A DNA stretch of 64,000 bases from Desulfosarcina sp. (GTDB lineage: Bacteria; Desulfobacterota; Desulfobacteria; Desulfobacterales; Desulfosarcinaceae). Below the pieces are notes generated by a model. The model worked only from the letters and a program-made list of their open reading frames with translations. It was not told where the DNA came from and made no database searches. The position numbers and the translations under genes were made by a program. Shown here one piece after another: positions 20,286 to 28,210 of the stretch; position 1 is the first letter of the stretch, and every line of letters starts with the position of its first letter. Location of the stretch: contig NZ_JAWOHB010000156.1 of the NCBI RefSeq assembly GCF_046496365.1, forward strand, positions 19,231 through 83,230, read 5' to 3'.

Positions 20286-21845
20286 TCAGGGCTCTACCAG
20301 GCGGACCTGTTTGAAGGCATCTGCCGCAAGACCCACGGCTTCGGGCAGGATGGCGGCAAAATCCGGCGTTCCGATGCGATGCAGCCGGATGGCCGGCGTA
20401 TCCCGGCCGTCGTCGTCCAGATGGGTCAGATAGACCCGTGTCAGTCGCGAGCCATCGGGTTTGGATGAGAACACCATCCAACGGCCGTTGGGCGAGATGC
20501 TGTGCCATGAGTTCAGTTCGTTGCGATTGCAGGTCATCGCGCGTACGGTCCCGCCGCCGGCGGGAACGATCATCAGCCGGCTGCCGGGTTGGGAGACCAG
20601 ACCTGTATCACTCTGACAGAAAACGATCCAGCGGCCATCGGGTGAATAGCGCGGAAAGTAGTTGCTTTTGCCGTTGTCGCTCGCTCCGGCAAGGGGTGTC
20701 GCCCGGCCGCCGGCACCGGCGGCAAAGGGCACCTGCCACAGATCGAACTGCATGCGATATTTCTGATTCAGCGCGTGGATATCCTCTCCGGAAGCGGCAT
20801 CGAGCAGTTTCTTCCCCCCCAGCGCAGCCCACAGGTTTTCCGGCGCCTTTGCCCGGGCAAAGGCGATGGTCCTGCCATCGGGACTCCAGGTCGGATTGGT
20901 CTGCACCACATCCGGGTGGTCGGCTCCCGGCAAGGCCCGGATGTCGCCGGTGCGACGGGAGTAATAGACCAGATGGCCGCTCAAGGGAAAAAAGAGCTGG
21001 GAATAGGCCGGGTCGTCGATGCGAACCAGGAAGGGCCGCTCCTTGGCGCTGGCGATGACATAATCGCCAAGGGGTGAAATCCTGGCAAACAATCCCCGGC
21101 TGACCTCTCCCTGGCCCGGCAGGTAATCATTCCAGGAGATGACATCGCTGCGCCGCAGCTCCATTTTTCCAGCGACATCGGCCAGCACATAGCCACCCCG
21201 ATCTCCGCGATAGTCCATATCCAGGCCGAAAACAGCGCCATCCGGTGAAAAGGTGTGGCAATTGGCGCAGTAGGGGACCTTTTCCAGCACGGTAGCCGGC
21301 GGGGTGGTCGCACCCGGCCTCAGGGAGCGCCAGCGGAACTGATCCACATGTTTTTCAGCATAGCTGAAAGGCACCGGCAGTTCCTGGTAAACGACGCGGC
21401 ACGCCAGCGGTATCGGGGAGACGGTAAAGCGAACCGTGCCCCGGGCCACCGCCCGCCGGCCAGCGAGCTGAAACACGGTCAGTTCCAGTGGCCTATCCGG
21501 AGCAAGGGCTTTGATCTGATCCCAGTCTTGGCCGGGCGGAACCCAGGGATTGCCGAAGGCGGCCATGTAGAACGGACGGTCCAGGCCGGTTGCCGTCACC
21601 TTCAGCAGCCAGCGGCCGGTGGCCGGCCCCTGCCAGTGAAACAGGGGAGCCGCCAGATCGACCGGGTAGACCGCATCGGTGGCCGGCTCCATGATGTCCA
21701 GTTCAGCCATCACATCCTCAAAACCAAACTCCGCAAGCATGGAACGGGCGGCCCCGCCACTCCCACCGGACTTGAACCCGGCACAGGAAAGCGCCATGCA
21801 CGAACCGATGACGACGATTATGATACTGAAAGAACACTTCATCAA
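20286..21845 (-). CDS. TolB-like (PD40 repeat) lipoprotein with a CxxCH motif
   Basis: Lipobox-like MALSC; PD40 repeats PTWSPDGR, PRYSPDGRW and SISPNGRW; YCANCH. Confidence 0.75.
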   Translation of the reverse strand: MMKCSFSIIIVVIGSCMALSCAGFKSGGSGGAARSMLAEFGFEDVMAELDIMEPATDAVYPVDLAAPLFHWQGPATGRWLLKVTATGLDRPFYMAAFGNPWVPPGQDWDQIKALAPDRPLELTVFQLAGRRAVARGTVRFTVSPIPLACRVVYQELPVPFSYAEKHVDQFRWRSLRPGATTPPATVLEKVPYCANCHTFSPDGAVFGLDMDYRGDRGGYVLADVAGKMELRRSDVISWNDYLPGQGEVSRGLFARISPLGDYVIASAKERPFLVRIDDPAYSQLFFPLSGHLVYYSRRTGDIRALPGADHPDVVQTNPTWSPDGRTIAFARAKAPENLWAALGGKKLLDAASGEDIHALNQKYRMQFDLWQVPFAAGAGGRATPLAGASDNGKSNYFPRYSPDGRWIVFCQSDTGLVSQPGSRLMIVPAGGGTVRAMTCNRNELNSWHSISPNGRWMVFSSKPDGSRLTRVYLTHLDDDGRDTPAIRLHRIGTPDFAAILPEAVGLAADAFKQVRLVEP

Positions 21846-21903
21846 AAATCACCCTTCGCGCAGATCAACAATGACCACCGTCGACCGTTTTTGGCATGGT
21901 CAG

Positions 21904-22479
21904 TTAATACCCCCCGCCGCCACCCCCGCCGCCGCCGGAATCGTTTCCCTGCGGGGCGTTTTCCAGGTCCTTGATCTCCTGTTTTTTCTTGGAAATATAT
22001 TTCTGGATGGTTCTCTGCTGGGCCTTGCCTTCGGCAACTTTGGCCAGCTGTTCAGCGATGCCGGCCGTAAATCCCTGATTCTGGACATACGATTGGTGAA
22101 ACTCGACAATCGTCTCGATTTCATCTTTGGTGTAGATGCCCGCATTCTGGTATTCCTGACGCAGCTTCTTAACATCCAGCTTCCAATGCTGACTGGGACT
22201 GTGCATCACACCGCCATCGGTTGTCACCAGCCCTTCGGGATTGGCCTTGGACTTCCCGACCTTCTGGACGGTAGTGGACATGTTCTGAGCCATTTCGGCC
22301 TTGGCGGTCGCTATTTCGTCAGCCACGATTTTCGCAAGCCCTTCCAGGCTGCTCAGCTCCTTCTCTTTTTGGGCTTTACTCGCTTCCATCTGTTGCGTGG
22401 CGGCTTGGACCGGATGGGAAGACAACCAAAAACACACGACCAATGAGATAAAACAGGCCCACGGAAATTTTTTTATCAT
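21904..22479 (-). CDS. Hypothetical secreted helical protein with a C-terminal Gly9 tail
   Basis: GGAGG RBS, signal peptide ending PVQA, K/E/Q/A-rich. Confidence 0.7.
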   Translation of the reverse strand: MIKKFPWACFISLVVCFWLSSHPVQAATQQMEASKAQKEKELSSLEGLAKIVADEIATAKAEMAQNMSTTVQKVGKSKANPEGLVTTDGGVMHSPSQHWKLDVKKLRQEYQNAGIYTKDEIETIVEFHQSYVQNQGFTAGIAEQLAKVAEGKAQQRTIQKYISKKKQEIKDLENAPQGNDSGGGGGGGGGY

Positions 22480-22491
22480 AACGGCAGCCTC

Positions 22492-23331
22492 CTACATCCG
22501 ACGGTTCAGGGGATCAAAGACAATGCATCGATAGAGGCGGCGCATCAGCGCCACATCGATTTGCCCGTTGACCTCGAGTTGCTGGTCTTTCTGGAACTGC
22601 TTGACGGCCGCATCCGTTCCACGCCCGGGAAGGCCGTCAAGGCTGCTTTTGTAGTAACCCAAGGCCTTCAAACCCGTTTGTGCGCGTCTGACCCGGGCCC
22701 GGTATTCCGCTTTGGCATTGTAGGCCGCAGGCGGCGTGGCGGAATTCAGATAGCCGGCATCCTGCCATTCACCGGGGATCGATTCGCCATTTTGGGCCGC
22801 CAGACCGAACCAGTCGGCCGCTGCCTGTGGATTCCTGGGAATCACATAGCCGGTAAAATTGAGGTATCCCAGAGCCATCATCGAAAATGAATCGTTCCCG
22901 GCAGCGGCGCGTTCCAGAAAAAGGAGCCCCCGCTCTGGTTCCCGGGGCCGGCCGAAGGTGCCATCCAACAGATAGAGGCCCAGATCCCTGGCCGCTTCGA
23001 TGTGATCCTGAGCGGCCGCCTTTTCCAGCCACCGCAAGCCTTCCATCGTATCGGCCCTGACACCATCCCCGGAAAGCAGCATCTGGGAAACCATGTACTG
23101 TGCATCGGCCACGCCGTTCCCGGCCGACTGGTAATACATCTCAAAGGCCTTTTGTTTCCGATCGCCATCGTAATATTGATCGGCCTGGAGGTTGTAATAG
23201 TGGCCTTTGACCGTTTTCATGCAGCCAAAAGCCAGCAACACACAACCGAGCAACACACAGCCGAGCAATCCACGCTTGATCAATTTCTTTTTATCTTCCA
23301 ACGTGCCAACTCCTTTCAAAAAATGAATCAA
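22492..23331 (-). CDS. SEL1-like repeat + peptidoglycan-binding domain lipoprotein
   Basis: LAFGC lipobox, SEL1 repeats (WLEKAAAQDH), C-terminal LKALGYY..DG.PG..T.AAVKQFQ; start uncertain. Confidence 0.8.
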   Translation of the reverse strand: MIHFLKGVGTLEDKKKLIKRGLLGCVLLGCVLLAFGCMKTVKGHYYNLQADQYYDGDRKQKAFEMYYQSAGNGVADAQYMVSQMLLSGDGVRADTMEGLRWLEKAAAQDHIEAARDLGLYLLDGTFGRPREPERGLLFLERAAAGNDSFSMMALGYLNFTGYVIPRNPQAAADWFGLAAQNGESIPGEWQDAGYLNSATPPAAYNAKAEYRARVRRAQTGLKALGYYKSSLDGLPGRGTDAAVKQFQKDQQLEVNGQIDVALMRRLYRCIVFDPLNRRM

Positions 23332-23421
23332 CGACTGACATGGGTGTGAATGGTTTGCTGATGGTTGCTATCGGCTTGAATCGTTATATGTTGAGTAATA
23401 TTTTCGGGAAAAGAGAACTTG

Positions 23422-24567
23422 TCAGGCGGAACCGCGCAGACGCTTTACCGCGCGCGTCACCACCTCTACGGCATGATCGATCTGCCCGGTGGTGGTCATC
23501 CGGCCGGTTGAAAAACGCACCGTGCCCTTGGCCCATTCCACGGGGACCCGCATGGCTTCCAGGACGTGGGAGAGCATGACGGTGTCGGAATGACAGGCGG
23601 CGCCCGCCGAGGCGGCCACTTCCAGACCGATCTCTTCCAGAATGCGGTTGGCCTCCAAGCCTTTAAAAGAGAGGCTCAGGGTGTTGGGCAGACGGTTTTC
23701 GGGATGGCCGTTGAGGCGGACATGACCCAAGCGGGCGATCAATCCTTCGTGTAACCGATCACGCATTGTTTTGAGGTGCCGGAAGCTTTCTTGCATGCTT
23801 CGATCGGCCATCTCACAGGCCTTTCCCAGCCCAACGATCTCGAGCACATTTTCCGTGCCGGCGCGCCAGTCCCTCTCCTGTCCGGCACCGTGACAGAACT
23901 TTTCGGGAAGAAGACCGTTTCTCACATAGAGCGCGCCGATGCCCTTGGGAGCGTACAGCTTATGCCCGGCCACAGAGAGCAGGTCCACGTTCATCGCTTG
24001 AACATCCGTAGCGATCTTGCCCACGCTCTGGGCCGCATCGGTGTGGATGCAGACACCCTGCTGTCGGGCCAGGGCAGCGATGTCGGCAATGGGTTGAATG
24101 GTTCCAACCTCGTTGTTGGCATGCATGACCGAGATCAGGATCGTGTCCGGACGGGTGGCCGCGGCAATGGCATCCACACTGAGCAAGCCGGCGTCGTCGA
24201 CGTCGACCAACGTGGTTGCGAAGCCCTCCCGTTCCAGGTATCGGCACACCTCCAGCACTGCCGGGTGCTCGACGGTGCTGGTGATGATGTGGCGGCCTTT
24301 TTCCTTCAGGGACCGGGCCATGCCCTTGATGGCGTGGTTGTTGGATTCGGTGCCGCCGGAGGTGAAGAACACCTCTTCCGGCCGGCAATTGAGCAGTGCG
24401 GCCACCTGCCGCCGGGCCGCCTCCACGGCCCGTTTGGGCCGGATACCGTACCAGTGCGAGCTGGACGGGTTACCGAATTCGGTTTCCAAAAATGGCCGCA
24501 TGACCGCAATCACTTCCGGGTCGATGGGCGTGGTGCCGTTGTAATCCAGGTAGATGGGTTGAATCAT
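23422..24567 (-). CDS. Cysteine desulfurase / selenocysteine-lyase-like PLP enzyme (NifS/IscS family)
   Basis: YLDYNGTTP, TSGGTE, HANNEVG, GHKLYAPKG and SAGAACHS motifs. Confidence 0.9.
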   Translation of the reverse strand: MIQPIYLDYNGTTPIDPEVIAVMRPFLETEFGNPSSSHWYGIRPKRAVEAARRQVAALLNCRPEEVFFTSGGTESNNHAIKGMARSLKEKGRHIITSTVEHPAVLEVCRYLEREGFATTLVDVDDAGLLSVDAIAAATRPDTILISVMHANNEVGTIQPIADIAALARQQGVCIHTDAAQSVGKIATDVQAMNVDLLSVAGHKLYAPKGIGALYVRNGLLPEKFCHGAGQERDWRAGTENVLEIVGLGKACEMADRSMQESFRHLKTMRDRLHEGLIARLGHVRLNGHPENRLPNTLSLSFKGLEANRILEEIGLEVAASAGAACHSDTVMLSHVLEAMRVPVEWAKGTVRFSTGRMTTTGQIDHAVEVVTRAVKRLRGSA

Positions 24568-24583
24568 GATGGGCATCCGATCG

Positions 24584-25366
24584 TTACATGAATTGGACTG
24601 AATCGATTCCCGGGGCAAAGGCTTGCCAATCCCAGGGGGGGCGTTGGCTGTCCGGCCATCCGTCATCCGGCCAGGGCCATTGCAGTGGGATCGGGCTGGA
24701 AAATTGCAACCGGTCATTCCGGATGGGATGATCCACGCTGAGCGCATGGGCCAGCAGGGCGATCTGCCGATCGGGCAGCGGCGTCCCGGCACCGTAGCGG
24801 ATGTCCCCCAGGATTGGATGCCCCATGTGGGCCAGTTGAATGCGGATCTGGTGGCGCCGGCCGGTTTCCAGGACAATCCGCAGCAGGCTTTTGGTGTTGT
24901 CCTTAGCCAGAACCGCGTAGCGCAGCCGTGCCTCCTGGCTGTTTTGCGTGGGTGCCGGTACCACGACGCTCACGCGCTTTCGACGTTCAAGGTGATGGAT
25001 CAGCCTTTCGGAACCAGCGGCTACCGAGCCCCTGACCACGGCCAGGTATTGCTTTTCCACGCTCCGTTCCCGGAACTGCCTGGACAGGCGACCGGCTGCT
25101 TTGGAGGTACGGGCAAACAGGACCACGCCGGCCACCGGGCGATCCAGTCGGTGAACCATGGCCAGGAAGACCTTACCGGGCTTACGGTAACGCGCCTTGA
25201 GCCAGTGCTTGCATAGATCCAGCAGGCACAAATCGCCGGTACGATCCCCTTGCACCAGCAATCCCGATGGTTTATAAACCGCCAGCAAATGGTTATCTTC
25301 GAACAATACCGGCCATCGGGGATCGAATAAATGGCACGGAGTGGTGTTGCAGGGGGTTGTGTTCAT
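24584..25366 (-). CDS. RluA family pseudouridine synthase
   Basis: KPSGLL, HRLDRPVAG, TGRRHQIR and GHPILGD motifs. Confidence 0.92.
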   Translation of the reverse strand: MNTTPCNTTPCHLFDPRWPVLFEDNHLLAVYKPSGLLVQGDRTGDLCLLDLCKHWLKARYRKPGKVFLAMVHRLDRPVAGVVLFARTSKAAGRLSRQFRERSVEKQYLAVVRGSVAAGSERLIHHLERRKRVSVVVPAPTQNSQEARLRYAVLAKDNTKSLLRIVLETGRRHQIRIQLAHMGHPILGDIRYGAGTPLPDRQIALLAHALSVDHPIRNDRLQFSSPIPLQWPWPDDGWPDSQRPPWDWQAFAPGIDSVQFM

Positions 25367-25428
25367 CGCTCCCATCCGGATCGTGGAGGTCCTTGTTTCA
25401 TCATTCTTTTGACCCCAAGGAGTAGCAC

Positions 25429-26925
25429 GTGACGCATAGCGGGACAAGGTCTTCCGGCAAACAGAGCAGCCGGCCAAAACATATGCTCCCCGGCCCAGAC
25501 GCAATGGATGCGCTGTTGAAACGCTGCGGTATCAACCTGGCCGCCAATCAACTCAAGCAGCTGTGGAGCTACCACCAGCTGCTGCGGCGCCACGATGAGG
25601 ATCTGAACCTCACCCGTATCCGCAATTTTGAGAACATGGTGCTCAAACTCTACGCCGACGCCATCCTGCCGGCCCTGCACACACCGCTGCCTTCTCCGTT
25701 GCTGGACCTGGGCACCGGCCCCGGCATGCCGGGTATTCCCCTTAAAATCCTGCGGCCCGATCTGCAGATCCTGCTGGCCGACAGCCGTCGGAATCGCTGT
25801 GACTTTTTAAAGACAGTCGTCTCTGCGCTGGGCCTGTCCGGCATCGATGTGGTGGAACGTGGAATTGCCCCGGATTACGACCGGCCGGTTGCCGGCGTAA
25901 TCACCCGGGCCGTCGAACCCATCGCCGACACCCTGGCACGGGTAGCCGGTTGCCTGATACAGGACGGGAGGGTCATTTTCATGAAAGGCCCCCGCTGCGA
26001 CGTGGAAATCGAAGCGGCCTCGAAAACCTTTGCTTCGACATATGAACTGGCCGAAGATATCCCCTACCAGATCCCCCACACCCCTCACCGGCGCCGGCTG
26101 GTGGTCTATCGGAGAAAAAGTCAGCCCATTGGAGCCGGTGAAAGATCGCAAACCATGGAAAAACACCGCGTAAAGGTCATCGAAAGCGAAAGCAACGCAA
26201 TTTTCAAAAGCCTGAAAAAACTGCATGGCGGACGCGGGGTCAAAAAGCAGGGTCAGACCTTGGTTTGCGGGGCCACATTGGTGGCCGAAGTGATGGAACG
26301 ATTGCCCGAGCGCTGCCTGGCCTGGATCAGTTCCGGCAACCGCCACGCGCCCCCAGCGGATGCGCCCGGCGATCTGGAATGGCTTCAACTGGGACCAGCA
26401 CTTTTTCAGACGTTGGACGTGTTCGGAACCAAACATCCCATCGTTCTTTTTACTTTTCCCGAGTTCGGATCCTGGCGGCCGGAAGAGGGCCTGCTGGCCG
26501 GATGCAGCCTGCTGGTTCCGTTTCAGGACCCAGAAAACGTGGGTGCCGTCATTCGCTCTGCCGTTGCCTTTGCGGTGGACCGGATCATTCTGCTGGCCGA
26601 AAGCGCCAACCCGTTCCATCCCAAGGCGGTTCGAGCGTCGGCTGGAAGCGTCTTTTCCGCCCGGTTGTTTCAAGGCCCATCCTTGTCCGAGATCCCGTCG
26701 GACCTGCCGGTCATCGCCCTGGCCGCATCGGGTCAACCCCTGGTTGAGGCCTTTTTTCCGGAAGCCTTTTGCCTGCTGACCGGTATGGAAGGCCCGGGAC
26801 TGCCTCCCCGGTGGCAGGCGAATGCCGTGGCCATCCCCATGGCGCCCGATGTGGAGTCCCTGAATGCAGCCGTGGCCACCGCAGTGGCCCTATATGAATG
26901 GCGACGGCGATCACTCCGGCGATGA
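25429..26925 (+). CDS. rsmG: RsmG (GidB) 16S rRNA methyltransferase fused to a SpoU/TrmH methyltransferase
   Basis: N-half has NLTRI, DLGTGPGMPGIPL, TRA and MKG; C-half has QDPENVGAVIRS, GMEGPG and IPM..ESLNAAVA. Confidence 0.85.
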   Translation: MTHSGTRSSGKQSSRPKHMLPGPDAMDALLKRCGINLAANQLKQLWSYHQLLRRHDEDLNLTRIRNFENMVLKLYADAILPALHTPLPSPLLDLGTGPGMPGIPLKILRPDLQILLADSRRNRCDFLKTVVSALGLSGIDVVERGIAPDYDRPVAGVITRAVEPIADTLARVAGCLIQDGRVIFMKGPRCDVEIEAASKTFASTYELAEDIPYQIPHTPHRRRLVVYRRKSQPIGAGERSQTMEKHRVKVIESESNAIFKSLKKLHGGRGVKKQGQTLVCGATLVAEVMERLPERCLAWISSGNRHAPPADAPGDLEWLQLGPALFQTLDVFGTKHPIVLFTFPEFGSWRPEEGLLAGCSLLVPFQDPENVGAVIRSAVAFAVDRIILLAESANPFHPKAVRASAGSVFSARLFQGPSLSEIPSDLPVIALAASGQPLVEAFFPEAFCLLTGMEGPGLPPRWQANAVAIPMAPDVESLNAAVATAVALYEWRRRSLRR

Positions 26926-26933
26926 GACACTAT

Positions 26934-26966
26934 AAAAAAAGGGGGCGCTGTGCGCCCCCTTTTTTT
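26934..26966. terminator. Bidirectional rho-independent terminator
   Basis: A-run followed by a GC stem (GGGGCGC-tgt-GCGCCCC) and a T-run, between the convergent rsmG fusion and qmoC. Confidence 0.88.
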
Positions 26967-26990
26967 AACGCTCCCATTGAACGGATCTGA

Positions 26991-28139
26991 CTATTTGCGT
27001 CCGCTGTACTCCTGGTAGCCCATGGCCACCGTGCGGTAGACGATATGGGCCAATTTCGAAAATGGCGTGTAGGCGAACAGGGCCCAAATGAAGATCAGGT
27101 GCAGAAAGTAGATGAAGGCCGACAGGTCGTACAACCCGCCCAGGCGCAGCATCTGGGTCAGCATGCCGGTCACACCAAGGGCCAGAACCATTCCCACCAA
27201 ATACCAATCCCAGTAGCTGGATATCTGGTCCTTTTTAACCAGACGGTTTTTCAACAGCAGGATACCGCCGATCACCAGGGCGATACCGCTGATGTTAGCC
27301 AGCCATTTGACCGGGTTGATCTGGCGGTAGGGCCCTTCGATGTGGAAAATCCACTCGGCGGCAAAAAAGGCGTTGGTCACAATGAACAGGCCGATAAAGC
27401 TGAAAAGCACCATCATATGGGCCGTTGAACGTTCCCGGTTTTCGCCGCACTCATTGAACTTATCGTGCTTCAGGATCGTCGGCACCGTTTTGATCAGGGC
27501 CTGGATGAAACCGGCCGGATCGATCTTCTCCTTGTCGGTCTTGCCTTCCTTGACGGCATTGGCATGCATATCAGCCAGGAAGCGCTTCAATCCCAGGGCA
27601 AAAACACCCACGGCGCCGAAAAAGGTGGGAATCATGATGATGTCCACCAGGTAATTGCCGATGTAGTCCGCCTGCCACAGATTGTCACCGGTGGGGTTGA
27701 AATTGAGCCAGTCAACACCCACCATCTTCAGCAGCAGGCCCACCACCAGAAATATCGCGGCCGGAATAGCCAGAAGGATGGGCAGTTTTTTGGGATCGCT
27801 GACCATCCTGGCCAACGCTTTGGGCGTGGCATATTCAATGACCGTGGCTGCACGTACTGCTGCCAGCACATCACCAGGCTGGGCGCCGCGGGGGCAGAGC
27901 GTCGAGCAGTCACCGCAGTTGTGGCACAGCCAGACATCGCCGCTGCCGATCAACCGGTCCTTCAATCCCCAGGATGCTGCGATCATCTCCTTTCTGGGAA
28001 AGGGCTTGGTATCCGGGGAGATGGGACAAGCCACCGCGCAGGTGGCGCATTGGTAACACTTTTTGACATCGGCGCCGCCCAGCCTGCTGACTTCTTCAAT
28101 AAAAGCCACATCAGGATCGACCAGATATGAATCCGCCAT
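26991..28139 (-). CDS. qmoC: Quinone-interacting membrane-bound oxidoreductase subunit C
   Basis: CYQCATCAVACP and CHNCGDCSTLCP Fe-S motifs plus a heme-b membrane domain (PFSKLAH). Confidence 0.93.
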   Translation of the reverse strand: MADSYLVDPDVAFIEEVSRLGGADVKKCYQCATCAVACPISPDTKPFPRKEMIAASWGLKDRLIGSGDVWLCHNCGDCSTLCPRGAQPGDVLAAVRAATVIEYATPKALARMVSDPKKLPILLAIPAAIFLVVGLLLKMVGVDWLNFNPTGDNLWQADYIGNYLVDIIMIPTFFGAVGVFALGLKRFLADMHANAVKEGKTDKEKIDPAGFIQALIKTVPTILKHDKFNECGENRERSTAHMMVLFSFIGLFIVTNAFFAAEWIFHIEGPYRQINPVKWLANISGIALVIGGILLLKNRLVKKDQISSYWDWYLVGMVLALGVTGMLTQMLRLGGLYDLSAFIYFLHLIFIWALFAYTPFSKLAHIVYRTVAMGYQEYSGRK

Positions 28140-28170
28140 TGGTAACCTCCTCACTTGGCAAAAATAGAAA

Positions 28171-28196
28171 GGAAAGGCGGCGTTCACCGCCTTTCC
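28171..28196 (-). terminator. Terminator-like hairpin between qmoB and qmoC
   Basis: GGAAAGGCGG-tgaacg-CCGCCTTTCC followed by TTTCTATTTTT on the minus strand. Confidence 0.6.
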
Positions 28197-28210
28197 ATCG
28201 GATCAATTGA

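Noticed and set aside
24568-24876. N-terminal extensions in ORF-track calls (desulfurase, pxpC, SDR, dctQ, rluA)
   Set aside because: They overlap neighbouring genes or intergenic elements; downstream starts fit the family N-termini
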